NCBI GenBank assembly: GCA_965652295.1
Contig: CBFGTS010000013.1
Location: 32,001-96,000 of the forward strand
Reading direction: 5' to 3'
DNA from: an uncultured Haloferula sp.
Lineage (GTDB): Bacteria > Verrucomicrobiota > Verrucomicrobiia > Verrucomicrobiales > Akkermansiaceae
DNA: 64,000 bases
Shown: piece by piece, positions 18,441-28,046 of the stretch
Numbering within the stretch: the stretch's first letter is position 1
Layout: each line of letters starts with the position of its first letter
The notes under the pieces: model-generated
Seen by the model: only the letters and a program-made list of their open reading frames with translations
Database searches by the model: none
What the model was told of the DNA's origin: nothing
Program-made: the position numbers and the translations under genes

Positions 18441-18476
18441 AAAAAGCCGCCCCGGAATCCCGTGGGCGGCTTTTTT
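18441..18476 (+). terminator. Intrinsic terminator
   Basis: aaaaagccgccc...gggcggctttttt downstream of the aminotransferase. Confidence 0.85.
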
Positions 18477-18553
18477 GCGCCCGCTTCCCCCGGCAGTCGG
18501 GAAATGCATTTCCGCGAAATGACCCGCCCTTCCCCGCCGTATGGGAGATTTCC

Positions 18554-19258
18554 ATGAAACCCGTATCAACCCCGCTCGCCCTTGTTCTCATCGCCACGTC
18601 CGCCCTTGCGGCCGATCCCAACACGCTGACCCCTGAGGAAAAGCGCGAAGGCTTCAAGCTCCTGTTCGACGGCGAGTCGCTCGACGGCTGGCGCACCTAC
18701 AAGGAAGAGGAACCCCGCCCCCAGTGGAAGGTCATCGACGGTGCCATCACCCTCACCGAAGGCGGCGGCGGCGACCTGATCACCGAGAAGCAATTCGGTG
18801 ACTTCGACTTCCGCTGCGAGTGGAAGATCGTGGAAGGAGGAAACTCCGGGATCATCTGGCGCTCCACCGAGGAACACAACGCACCCTGGGTCAGCGGGCC
18901 GGAATACCAGATCCTCGATTCGTTCGCTGGCCCCCAACACAAGTATCCGCACGAGATCGACGCCAAGAACCTCGCCGGCGGCCTCTACGGCATCATGACC
19001 GGCAAGCCCGAGTGGTCGAAGCCCGCAGGCCAGTGGAACGAGTCCCGCCTGGTCATCGATGGCAGCAAGATCACACTCTACCTGAACGGCAACGTGACCG
19101 CGGACGTCGATTCCACCACCGACGAATACAAGGAACTCCTCTCCAAGTCGAAATTCGCCGGTTGGGAGCACTTCAACGCCGCGGACAAAGGACACATCGC
19201 CCTCCAGGACCACGGCGACAAAGTTTCCTTCCGCACGATCCGGATCAAGAAGCTCTGA
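18554..19258 (+). CDS. DUF1080 (3-keto-disaccharide hydrolase family) secreted protein
   Basis: Signal peptide; LFDGESLDGW, GNSGI, EYQILD, WNESR, GHIALQDHG..VSFR. Confidence 0.88.
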   Translation: MKPVSTPLALVLIATSALAADPNTLTPEEKREGFKLLFDGESLDGWRTYKEEEPRPQWKVIDGAITLTEGGGGDLITEKQFGDFDFRCEWKIVEGGNSGIIWRSTEEHNAPWVSGPEYQILDSFAGPQHKYPHEIDAKNLAGGLYGIMTGKPEWSKPAGQWNESRLVIDGSKITLYLNGNVTADVDSTTDEYKELLSKSKFAGWEHFNAADKGHIALQDHGDKVSFRTIRIKKL

Positions 19259-19359
19259 ATCTCCATCAGCTGCCTGCCTTCACAGCTTGATCCAGCTTCT
19301 TGCTCCACCGGAATGCGGCGGAGACGGAGATCACGGTTGCTTCCCCCTCCGTGATCTCC

Positions 19360-20649
19360 TCAAGCGTTCATCAGTTCCTCGATCTCTTCGGCTTCGATCG
19401 GGATGTTTGCCATGAGATCGCGATTGCCCTCCGCTTCGATGAGCACGTCGTTCTCCAGCCGGACGCCCAGATTCTCCTCACGGATGTAGATCCCGGGCTC
19501 GATCGTGAACACCATGCCCTCCGCGAAGGGCTCGTGCGGCGGACAGACGTCGTGGACATCGAGCCCGAGGTGGTGGGAAGTACCGTGCATGAAGTACTTC
19601 TTCACCAGCGGCTTGTCCGGCCCCTGCTCCTTCGCCTCGCTGGCGGAAATGAGACCCAGATTGACGAGTTCCGCCTCCATCAGTTCGATGACCTGCTTCT
19701 GGTATTCCATCGGCGTGTTTCCCGGCCGCAGGATCTCGTTGGCCCCGCGGAACACCCGCAACACCGAGTCGTAAACCTCCCGCTGCCGCGCCGTGAACCG
19801 GCCGTTCACCGGCACCGAGCGCGTCAGGTCGGAGTTCCATCCACCATACTCCGCGGCCACGTCCATCAGGACGATCTCGCCATCCTGACAAACCTTGTCG
19901 TTCTCCAGATAGTGGAGCACGCAGGCGTTCTTGCCCGTGCCGATGATCGGATTGTAGGCGAACCCACGCGATCCGCGGCGCACGAACTCGTGCAGCAGCT
20001 CCGCCTCGATCTCCCACTCGCCCACGCCCGGCTTGATGAAGCCCAGCACCCGGCGGAATCCCGCTTCGGTGATGTCGCAAGCTTTCTGGATGTAGCGGAT
20101 TTCCTCCGGGTCCTTGTTGATCCGCAGCCGGTGCATCAGGGGTGCCAGGCGCTCGTAGTGGTGGAGAGGATAACGCGATTGGCAGCGCTTGATGAAACGG
20201 TCGTTCGCCGTTTCCACCACCACATCCGCCCGCAAATGCTCGTTGGTCGTCAGGTAGATGTGATCCGCCTGAGGGACCAGCCGATGCAGCCACCCATCGA
20301 AGGCCGAGGTCCATTCCACCCGCTCGATTCCGGTCGCCGCCCGCGCGTCGTCCTTGCCCAGCTTTTCTCCATCCCAGATCGCGATGTGCTCGCTGGTTTC
20401 CTTCACGAAAAGGATTTCTCGCTCCTTGGGGTCGACCGCATCCGGCATCATCACCAGCACGGTCTCCTCCTGGTTCACGCCGGTCAGGTAATACAGGTCC
20501 GCGTTCTGTTTCAGCAGCAGCGTGCCATCCGCATTGGTCGGCAGGATGTCGTTGGCCAGCACGATCACGATGCTGTTCGGCTTCAGCAGTGAGCGGAGGC
20601 GCGTGCGGTTGCGGATGAAGAACTGGGGATCGATCGGGTCGTAGCGCAT
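19360..20649 (-). CDS. pepP: Xaa-Pro aminopeptidase
   Basis: LHY, DVAAEY..WNSDLTR, HGTSHHLGLDVHD, TIEPGIY, GVRLEND. Confidence 0.93.
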   Translation of the reverse strand: MRYDPIDPQFFIRNRTRLRSLLKPNSIVIVLANDILPTNADGTLLLKQNADLYYLTGVNQEETVLVMMPDAVDPKEREILFVKETSEHIAIWDGEKLGKDDARAATGIERVEWTSAFDGWLHRLVPQADHIYLTTNEHLRADVVVETANDRFIKRCQSRYPLHHYERLAPLMHRLRINKDPEEIRYIQKACDITEAGFRRVLGFIKPGVGEWEIEAELLHEFVRRGSRGFAYNPIIGTGKNACVLHYLENDKVCQDGEIVLMDVAAEYGGWNSDLTRSVPVNGRFTARQREVYDSVLRVFRGANEILRPGNTPMEYQKQVIELMEAELVNLGLISASEAKEQGPDKPLVKKYFMHGTSHHLGLDVHDVCPPHEPFAEGMVFTIEPGIYIREENLGVRLENDVLIEAEGNRDLMANIPIEAEEIEELMNA

Positions 20650-20678
20650 GGTGGGAAAAGGGGCGTCAAAAAGGAATA

Positions 20679-21530
20679 TCAGCCACCCCGCCAGTTCAGC
20701 TTCTGGCGGAGGGCTCCGTAAAACGACCGGCCGTCCAGCCGGACCAGGTTCAGCGATCGGGTGTCCTTGCGGATGCGAACCCGGTCGGTCGCGCCGATCT
20801 CATCGCAATCGCGGCCATCCACGGTGAAAAGCAAGGCACCTTCCTCAAGTCCGTCAGGTGCCAGTTCGATTTCGGTCGAGTCATCGATCACCAACGAGCG
20901 CTGGCTGAGCGTGTGCGGACAAATGGGGGTGATCACGAAAACGTCGGCCGCCGGGCTGATCAGCGGTCCTCCGGCGGATAGCGAGTAGGCCGTCGAGCCC
21001 GTCGGAGTCGCCACGATCAGGCCGTCCGCCCGGTAACGGTTCAGCAGGTCGCCATCCACCGTTGCCTTCATGGAAACCAGCCGTCCCGTCTGGCCCCGGG
21101 CCAGCACCGCTTCGTTGAGCGCCAGGTATTCCTTCGTCCGGCCATCGCCCCGCACCACCATCGCCGAGAGTAAGGTCCTCTTGCTCACATGAAACCGGCC
21201 CGACTTCAGAGCGTCACTGAATTCCTCCAGCTCGTCATCCGTGCAGCTCGTCAGGAAACCCAGCGTGCCGATATTCACCCCGGCGATCGGGGTTTCGGTC
21301 CCGCCCAGCGTCGCCAGCGCGTGCAGCATCGTGCCGTCGCCGCCGAGAACCACGATCACGTCGGAATTCTCTGCCAACTCCGGCCCCGCCAGACCCTCGC
21401 CTCCAACCAGCTCCGCGGTGTCCAGGTCCACCTGCGAGGCGATCCCCCTTTGCCCGAGCGCAGCAACCAAGCGTCCGTAGGCTTTGACCGCGCCGGGTTT
21501 GTGGGGATTGGCGATGATGCCGACCTTCAT
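20679..21530 (-). CDS. nadK: NAD kinase
   Basis: GGDGT, GTLGFL, LNE, DGLIVATPTGSTAYSLSAGGP. Confidence 0.95.
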   Translation of the reverse strand: MKVGIIANPHKPGAVKAYGRLVAALGQRGIASQVDLDTAELVGGEGLAGPELAENSDVIVVLGGDGTMLHALATLGGTETPIAGVNIGTLGFLTSCTDDELEEFSDALKSGRFHVSKRTLLSAMVVRGDGRTKEYLALNEAVLARGQTGRLVSMKATVDGDLLNRYRADGLIVATPTGSTAYSLSAGGPLISPAADVFVITPICPHTLSQRSLVIDDSTEIELAPDGLEEGALLFTVDGRDCDEIGATDRVRIRKDTRSLNLVRLDGRSFYGALRQKLNWRGG

Positions 21531-21630
21531 CGCTCTTGCTCTAACCGTTCATTGGGTCGGCCGCAACGCGGTTTCGCGGGGATCTTGCGCAGCGCTGCTC
21601 GACCGTCCCCGGGGAAACCGGAACGCACGA

Positions 21631-22554
21631 TCAGTGGCCCGCCAGATACCGCTCCGCTTCCAACGCCGCGGCACAACCCTGGCCGGCCGCCGTGATCGCC
21701 TGACGGTAAACGTGATCGGCCACATCGCCGGCAGCGAAAAGACCCGGGGTCTTGGTCGCCGTCGAGCCCGGGACCTGAAGGATGTAGCCGTTTTCGTCGA
21801 GATCCACCAGTCCGTCCACGAACTGGCTGTTCGGGGTGTGGCCGATCGCCACGAACACGCATTTCACCTCCAGCTCCTTCTCCGAACCATCGACCGTGCT
21901 CTGCAGCATCACGGCCCGCATTTCCCCGCTCTCATCGGTGAGGTATTGCGAAACCGTGCTGTTCCACACCGGTTCGATTTTCTCGTTGGCCAGGGCGCGC
22001 TCGGCCATGATTTTCGAAGCACGCAGCTCGTCTCGGCGGTGGATGAGATACACCTTGCTGGCGAAGCGGGTCAGGAAATCCGCCTCCTCGCAGGCGCTGT
22101 CTCCGCCACCGATCACGCACACCGGCACGTCGCGGTAAAAGGCGCCATCGCAGGTCGCGCAGGAGGTCAATCCGTGGCCGATGAGCTTCTCCTCGCCTTC
22201 GAGTCCCAGGTGGCGCGGCGCGGCCCCGGTGGCAATGATCACGGTCTTGGCTTCGAGGGTTTTCTCGGAGGTCTTCACCTCGAAGTGGCCGTCCGGGTGC
22301 TTCACCAGCGACTCGACCTTCGCAAACTCGATGCGCGTGCCGAATTTTTCCGCCTGCTGCTGCATGTTCATCATCAGCTGCGGGCCCATGATGCCGTCGG
22401 GGAAACCGGGGAAATTCTCGACCTCGGTGGTCGTCGTCAACTGGCCGCCCGGCTGGGTGCCGGTGAGCATGAGGGGCTCCAGATTGGCGCGTGCGGTGTA
22501 GATTGCCGCCGTGTAGCCCGCGCAGCCGGTTCCGATGATGATGACGTTTTCCAT
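21631..22554 (-). CDS. trxB: Thioredoxin reductase
   Basis: [48 protein letters not shown]. Confidence 0.96.
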   Translation of the reverse strand: MENVIIIGTGCAGYTAAIYTARANLEPLMLTGTQPGGQLTTTTEVENFPGFPDGIMGPQLMMNMQQQAEKFGTRIEFAKVESLVKHPDGHFEVKTSEKTLEAKTVIIATGAAPRHLGLEGEEKLIGHGLTSCATCDGAFYRDVPVCVIGGGDSACEEADFLTRFASKVYLIHRRDELRASKIMAERALANEKIEPVWNSTVSQYLTDESGEMRAVMLQSTVDGSEKELEVKCVFVAIGHTPNSQFVDGLVDLDENGYILQVPGSTATKTPGLFAAGDVADHVYRQAITAAGQGCAAALEAERYLAGH

Positions 22555-22664
22555 GAAGTCTGTGAGTCGTTGGCGCGCGGAGTATTCCGGCGGAAAACCG
22601 CGCGGGTCAACCCCCGGCCGCTGCACCGCGTGCTTTGTGTGGAGGTGAAGAGAAGCAGGCGAAA

Positions 22665-22810
22665 CCTGTCAGTGGCATGATCGCGTGCCCCGACAAGTCG
22701 GCGGTCCCGATCATGAACGCGGATGCCGCTGGCATCTCAGGAGATCGAGAGTGGGAGGCGTGGTTCGTGCCTTCTCTTTTCATGATCGAGACGATCATGC
22801 CACTGGCAGG
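22665..22810. repeat. REP-like inverted doublet (family 1), second copy
   Basis: Left cctgtcagtggcatgatcg[insert]gtcccgatcatgaac (22665-22718); reverse complement of right arm cctgccagtggcatgatcgtctcgatcatgaa (22779-22810); about 60-nt spacer. Confidence 0.8.
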
Positions 22811-22861
22811 GGGGCAGAGGCTCCATTTGAAATGGCAGCAGGGATGGACTCCAAAAATGTG

Positions 22862-22904
22862 GGGGCGGTGGCGGGCTCCACTCGGATACCTCGCCACCGC
22901 CCCC
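22862..22904 (-). terminator. Hairpin/terminator downstream of smc
   Basis: ggggcggtggcg...cgccaccgcccc stem; T-rich tail follows on the minus strand. Confidence 0.6.
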
Positions 22905-22930
22905 GTCCCTCTCCTGTCTAGGAAATCAAA

Positions 22931-25900
22931 TCAGGCATCGAGCCTCAGTGCGGCTTTCTGCGCGGCGCTCTTGGCCTCGCCCTTCGGTGCGTTTTCGTCG
23001 CTCGCCGTGAGGCGCATGCCGACCGGCTTGGAAATGCCGAACTCCTCCATCGTGACGCCATACATCACGTCCGCGCGGCTCATGGTGCGCTTGGAGTGGG
23101 TCACGATGATGAACTGCGAGTTGTTGACGAAGCGATCGAGCACCTTGACGAAGCGGCCGATGTTCGACTCGTCGAGCGGCGCGTCGAGCTCGTCGAGCAC
23201 GCAGAACGGGCTGGGCTTGATCATGTAGATCGAGAACAGCAGCGCCACGGCGGTCATCGAGCGCTCGCCCCCGGAAAGCAGGGTGATCGATTGCAGCTTC
23301 TTTCCCGGCGGCTTGGCGATGACCTCGATGCCCGATTCCAGCGGGTCGCTCTCATCGACCAGGTGCAGGTCCGCCTTGCCCTGTTCGCCGAAGAGTTCCT
23401 TGAACATGTCGCGGAAGTTCTCCTTCACCTTGGCGAAGGTTTCGCTGAAGCGGCGCTGCGTCTCCTCGTTGATCTTCTCGATCACCTGCAGCAGCTCCTC
23501 CTTCGAGTTCACGAGGTCCTCGTAGCTACTACGGACATCGTTGTGACGCTGCTCGAGTTCGTCGTATTCCTCGATCGCGTCGAGATTGACCGGGCCCATC
23601 GAATCGAGCCGGCGCTTGAGATCGCCCACGCAGGCCTCGACGAAATCCCAGTCGGGCTCGCCTTCCATCATCGGCGGCAGCTCGATCTCATCGTCGCCCG
23701 TGCCATCGACCACGGTCACGGCGGGCTCGTCGGATTCCTCGCCATCCTCCCCCGCCTCGACCACCGTCATGCGGCCACGACCGTTGTTCTTCTGCGAGGC
23801 GATGCAGGTCAGCAGCGCGTGAGCGTCCGGTTCGAAGCTGGCCAGCTCGATGTTGTGGCGCTCAAGAATGGCATTCACCAAAGCCTCGATGCGCAGCTCG
23901 ATCTTGGTGAGGGCGACCTCCTCGCGCCCGCGTTGTTCGGCGGCCCGCGAGTGGCCTTTGCGGACCTCGGACAGCTCTCGCTCGGCGATATCGATGGTTT
24001 CCAGCAGCTCGTTGCGCTGGCCCATGCGCTCCTGGATGTCGGCCTCCAGATCCTCCGCCTCGCAGCGGTGCTGCTCCAGCTCTTCGGCCAGTGCGGCGTT
24101 CTCGCCGGTGGCGGCTTCGATCCGCTGCATGAAGGCACCGATTTCCGTCTCGCGGCGGACGGCGATTTCCCGCAGCTCGGAAAGCCGGGCTTCCATCGGC
24201 TGCTGCTGGGCTTCCTGGGCCTCCTTGGCGCGGCGCTCGACGGCAATCGAGGTGCGCATCTCATTGAGCGCCTCGGCCAGTTCGGCTTCGTCGCGACGGG
24301 CGTCCTCCAACTCCCCGTTGAGGCGGGATTGATCGCTCTCGCAGGCGTGCAACCGGTCGCGGGCGGAAACCAGTTCGGCCTCCATCGAGCCCCGGCTTTC
24401 CTGGGTGGCGGCCTCGCGCTGGTCGAGATCGCCCCGCTCCCAGCGGACGTTCTCCAGTTTCGTCTCGACCGCCTCGACCTCGCGCACGGCGAGCGAGCGC
24501 TGGCCTTCGAGTGTGGAAAGCTCGACCTTGTGACGCTGCAAGCGGTCACGGGCCGTTTCATGCTCTTCCTGCAAGCGGCTCAGCTCGCCTTCGAGATGCT
24601 CGACGCGGGACTTGGCCTGGGCTTCCGCCTCGGTCAGCGCGGCGACTTCCGACTCCAAATCGCGGACCTCGTTTTGACGCTCCAGCACGGACACCGAGCC
24701 GTCGCCCGCGGTGCCACCGGAGACGACCCCTTCGGCGCCGACCCATTCACCCGCAAGCGTGGCCATGGAAACACCGGGCAAATCCTTGCGCAGCCTCAGG
24801 CCGGTGGCGAGGTCGGGCACGACGAGCACGCGCTCAAGCAGCCGCTCGACCACGCTGCGAACCTTGTCGTCGATCTTCACCCGGTCCAGCGCCCAGGCGA
24901 TCGCACCGGTCGGCACGGTCTCCATCTGGGTGCCGCTGGAGGCGGAAACAAATTCGCGCGGCAGGACCTTCGCCTGGCCGAGTTTCTTCTCGGTCAGGCG
25001 GGAAATGACGGCTTCAGCCAGCGCGGCGTCTTCGACCAGCACCGCTTGCAGATGCCCGCCGAGGGCGGCCTCGATGGCCCGGGCGCACTCCTTGTCGGCA
25101 TCGATGAAGCCGGCCAGCACGCCATGGATCCCGGCGGAGAAACGATCCGGTTCGCCGAGCCCTTCCAGCACCTTGCGGGTGCCTTTTTCAAAGCCCTCGC
25201 CGCTGGCGACGAGCTGGCGCAGCACGTCCAGACGCGATGACCGCTGGGCGAGCGTCTTGTGCGCCTCGGCGGCAGCGGTGCGGGCCGCATCGAGGTCGCC
25301 GCGGGCATGCTGGAACTGACGTTCGGCCTTCTGCAGGGCTTCCTCGATCTCGCCGGTGCGGCGATTGTGCTCGTCCAGCTCGGAGAGGATCTGGTCGCGC
25401 TGCATCACCATTTCCTCCATCTCGTTCTGGAGGCGCTGTTCCTCATCAGCGAGCTGGCGCGCGCGTTCGCGGCTGGTTTCGAGCTGGGCCAACGAGCTTT
25501 CGATCTTCGCCTGCATCGCGGCGATCACCGTCTGCGTTCGGTTGGCCTCAGCGCGGGACTCGCGCTGCTGGTTTTCCAGTGTTTCCCGACGGGCGCGGGC
25601 CCCGGCGGTCCGCTCTTCCTGATTGGAAAGGGCGATCTCCATTTCCGCGATCCGGCGGGCCAAGGCCTCCAACGCCTCGTTGGCCGCCACCACGTCGAAC
25701 TCCTGCTGGGCGAGCTTTTCGCGGGTCGCCTCGATCTCGGCCTTGTTCTGCTCGATCCGGCCCTCCAGCTCGGCGCGGCGTTCCTGATTGAAGGCGATCC
25801 GACCTTCGGCGCTGGCCAGTGCATTGCGGTGCTCGTTGAGCTCCTGCCGACGCTCGGCGAGCTGGCCTTCGAAATTCCTCGCCGCTTCGCGCGCCTCGGC

Positions 25901-26707
25901 CACCGCCTCCTCCTTGGGCACCATCTGCCGTTCGAGGTGGCCTTCATTGGCCTCCAGCGATCGGATCGAGGTCCGCAGCTCGGCCTCCTGAGCCGTCATT
26001 TCGACGAACTTCTTGTGACCCAGGTGCGTGTCCATGACCCGCACATCGGTCGCCAGCGTCTGGTAGCGGCGGGCCTTGGCCACCTGGCGCTTGAGCGAAT
26101 TCATCCGTCGCTCCTGCTCGGCCAGCACATCGCTGACGCGCAGCAGGTTGGCCTCGGTGTAGTCCAGCTTGCGCAGCGCGTCCTTCTTCTCACGCTTGTA
26201 TTTCGTGATCCCGGCGGCCTCCTCGAACACCGCGCGACGCTCTTCCGGCTTTGAGGAAAGGATCTGGTCGATCTGGCCCTGAGCCATGATCGAGTAGGCG
26301 GTGCGCCCGATCCCGGTGTCCATGAACAGGTCGTGGATGTCCTTCAGGCGGCAAAGCGTGCCGTTGATCCGGTACTCGGACTTACCGTCCCGAAACACCC
26401 GGCGGGTGATCGCCACCTCGTTGTAATCGACGCCCAGCGATTGCTCACAGTCGGCCATGGTCAGCGTCACCTCGGCCATGCCGAGCGGCTTGCGGCGTTC
26501 CGTGCCGTTGAAGATGACATCGGCCATTTCACCGCCGCGCAGTGCCTTCGCGGAGGTCTCGCCGAGCACCCAGCGGATGGCATCGACCACGTTCGACTTC
26601 CCGCAGCCGTTCGGACCGACGATGCCGGTCACCCCTTCATGGAATTCGAATCGCGTTTTGTCCGCGAAGGACTTGAAGCCATGGATATCGAGAGATTTGA
26701 GATACAT
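22931..26707 (-). CDS. smc: Chromosome segregation protein SMC
   Basis: GFKSFAD, Walker A GPNGCGKSN, coiled coils with central hinge, LSGGE, LDELDAPLD. Confidence 0.97.
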   Translation of the reverse strand: MYLKSLDIHGFKSFADKTRFEFHEGVTGIVGPNGCGKSNVVDAIRWVLGETSAKALRGGEMADVIFNGTERRKPLGMAEVTLTMADCEQSLGVDYNEVAITRRVFRDGKSEYRINGTLCRLKDIHDLFMDTGIGRTAYSIMAQGQIDQILSSKPEERRAVFEEAAGITKYKREKKDALRKLDYTEANLLRVSDVLAEQERRMNSLKRQVAKARRYQTLATDVRVMDTHLGHKKFVEMTAQEAELRTSIRSLEANEGHLERQMVPKEEAVAEAREAARNFEGQLAERRQELNEHRNALASAEGRIAFNQERRAELEGRIEQNKAEIEATREKLAQQEFDVVAANEALEALARRIAEMEIALSNQEERTAGARARRETLENQQRESRAEANRTQTVIAAMQAKIESSLAQLETSRERARQLADEEQRLQNEMEEMVMQRDQILSELDEHNRRTGEIEEALQKAERQFQHARGDLDAARTAAAEAHKTLAQRSSRLDVLRQLVASGEGFEKGTRKVLEGLGEPDRFSAGIHGVLAGFIDADKECARAIEAALGGHLQAVLVEDAALAEAVISRLTEKKLGQAKVLPREFVSASSGTQMETVPTGAIAWALDRVKIDDKVRSVVERLLERVLVVPDLATGLRLRKDLPGVSMATLAGEWVGAEGVVSGGTAGDGSVSVLERQNEVRDLESEVAALTEAEAQAKSRVEHLEGELSRLQEEHETARDRLQRHKVELSTLEGQRSLAVREVEAVETKLENVRWERGDLDQREAATQESRGSMEAELVSARDRLHACESDQSRLNGELEDARRDEAELAEALNEMRTSIAVERRAKEAQEAQQQPMEARLSELREIAVRRETEIGAFMQRIEAATGENAALAEELEQHRCEAEDLEADIQERMGQRNELLETIDIAERELSEVRKGHSRAAEQRGREEVALTKIELRIEALVNAILERHNIELASFEPDAHALLTCIASQKNNGRGRMTVVEAGEDGEESDEPAVTVVDGTGDDEIELPPMMEGEPDWDFVEACVGDLKRRLDSMGPVNLDAIEEYDELEQRHNDVRSSYEDLVNSKEELLQVIEKINEETQRRFSETFAKVKENFRDMFKELFGEQGKADLHLVDESDPLESGIEVIAKPPGKKLQSITLLSGGERSMTAVALLFSIYMIKPSPFCVLDELDAPLDESNIGRFVKVLDRFVNNSQFIIVTHSKRTMSRADVMYGVTMEEFGISKPVGMRLTASDENAPKGEAKSAAQKAALRLDA

Positions 26708-26804
26708 GCAGACAGGAGTGGGTTCGAGGTGAAACCCGGGAGGGAATCCGGGCAGCGGGCAGCGTATCGGGAAGACCGTTTCAGAAAAGCTCTGTTGGAT
26801 CAAA

Positions 26805-26852
26805 ACACTATATATAGTATCCGAGAGCGCAAATTACTACCACATCCTGTGC
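26805..26852. promoter_or_regulatory. Tandem NrdR-box-like sites upstream of smc
   Basis: ACACTATATATAGTAT (26805-26820) is 15/16 to acaCwAtATaTwGtgt; weaker CTACCACATCCTGTGC starts 32 bp later. Confidence 0.65.
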
Positions 26853-27000
26853 CAGAGAATCCTTAACCGTCCTGAACCAAATTGCCGGGCAAGCGTCAAT
26901 CACTCCTCCGGCGGCGCGTCCCTCCTCCGCTGATGGTGCCCTCTCCCCGAAGGAAGGCGTGACGGTCGCCCGAGGCCGGACGACCCCACCTTTTTCGGCC

Positions 27001-27957
27001 TTATGAGGACCGGCGGCGGCGCAGGAAACCTGCGAGGCCGGCGACGGCGAGAAGGCCGATCGAAGGCTCGGGCACACCGGTGACGCGGACGTTGTCGATG
27101 AGCGTGACGTTGAGGAGCGTGTCGTTCGGATCGGTGGAAGAGCCCGAATTCGTGTCGGAGTGGCCAAACAGAATATTCGAGCCTCCCAGCGTGACGGTGG
27201 AAAGATCGACCGTGGCGAGCGGCAGGCCATCCATCGACCAGGTGGCGAACCCGCCTTCGACGAGGATTTCCACAGCGCGCCAGGCAAAGGCGTGCTCGCC
27301 GGCATCGGTCGTGCCGGTCTGGCCGGCAAAGAGCGCGGTTTGCGCCAGAGGCGCGGAGGTTCCACCGAAGCCGCTGTAGTAGGCATCGGAGCCGTTGGTG
27401 CTGGTGGCGTAATAAACCGGGTCGCCCGCCGGGTAGCTTGTCGGTGCCGCGGAGGAATAAGCGCGGTAATCGGAGGCCGATCCGCCATCGAGGGTGACGG
27501 CAAAGAAGACACCGTCATCGGTGGCCCCGGAGCCCGCCCAGTGAGCGGTGGTTCCGGCGGTCCCGAGGCCGGCAAGTGAGAGCTGGGTGGACCCGCTGCC
27601 GCCGGGACCGAGCGGACCGACGTAGTTCGACCACATGTGGAAGCTGATGAGGTAGTCACCCGTGAAAGACTGGCCGGTGGGCGAGACGCTGAAGCCACTG
27701 AAAACGCCGCCGGAATTGTTGGCGGTCATCTTGAGACCCACGGTGCTCCCGCTGCCGGGGGCAGAGGGCACGCCGATGGCGGAGTAGTCGTAATGAAAAT
27801 CGACGCCGATGTCCGAGAGACCGGGGTTGTTGACCGTCCAATTGGCGGTGTCGTCGATGTCGAAATCCTGCTCGAAAAGCACGGCGGCGGGAGCGGCGAG
27901 CGGGAGAAGAAGCGTGGCGGCGGCAGCCACCGGCGAGAAACGGGAGGGAGCGTTCAT
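27001..27957 (-). CDS. PEP-CTERM surface protein
   Basis: Signal peptide; C-terminal VPEPSIGLLAVAGLAGFLRRRR. Confidence 0.9.
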   Translation of the reverse strand: MNAPSRFSPVAAAATLLLPLAAPAAVLFEQDFDIDDTANWTVNNPGLSDIGVDFHYDYSAIGVPSAPGSGSTVGLKMTANNSGGVFSGFSVSPTGQSFTGDYLISFHMWSNYVGPLGPGGSGSTQLSLAGLGTAGTTAHWAGSGATDDGVFFAVTLDGGSASDYRAYSSAAPTSYPAGDPVYYATSTNGSDAYYSGFGGTSAPLAQTALFAGQTGTTDAGEHAFAWRAVEILVEGGFATWSMDGLPLATVDLSTVTLGGSNILFGHSDTNSGSSTDPNDTLLNVTLIDNVRVTGVPEPSIGLLAVAGLAGFLRRRRSS

Positions 27958-28046
27958 GAGACTGAAGGATCTGCCCCAATTCAGGACCAAAGGCAAGCCG
28001 ATGAGACGATAGGATCACCCCTCCATACCGCCGGACGGCTCTGGTT

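Noticed and set aside
22635..23228. ORFs spanning the trxB-smc intergenic region
   Set aside because: The region is explained by a REP doublet and a terminator; the ORFs overlap smc antisense and lack motifs
22931..26707. SMC considered as a Wadjet/MksB or other defence ATPase
   Set aside because: Canonical full-length SMC with hinge in housekeeping context; no jetABD/mksEFG neighbours
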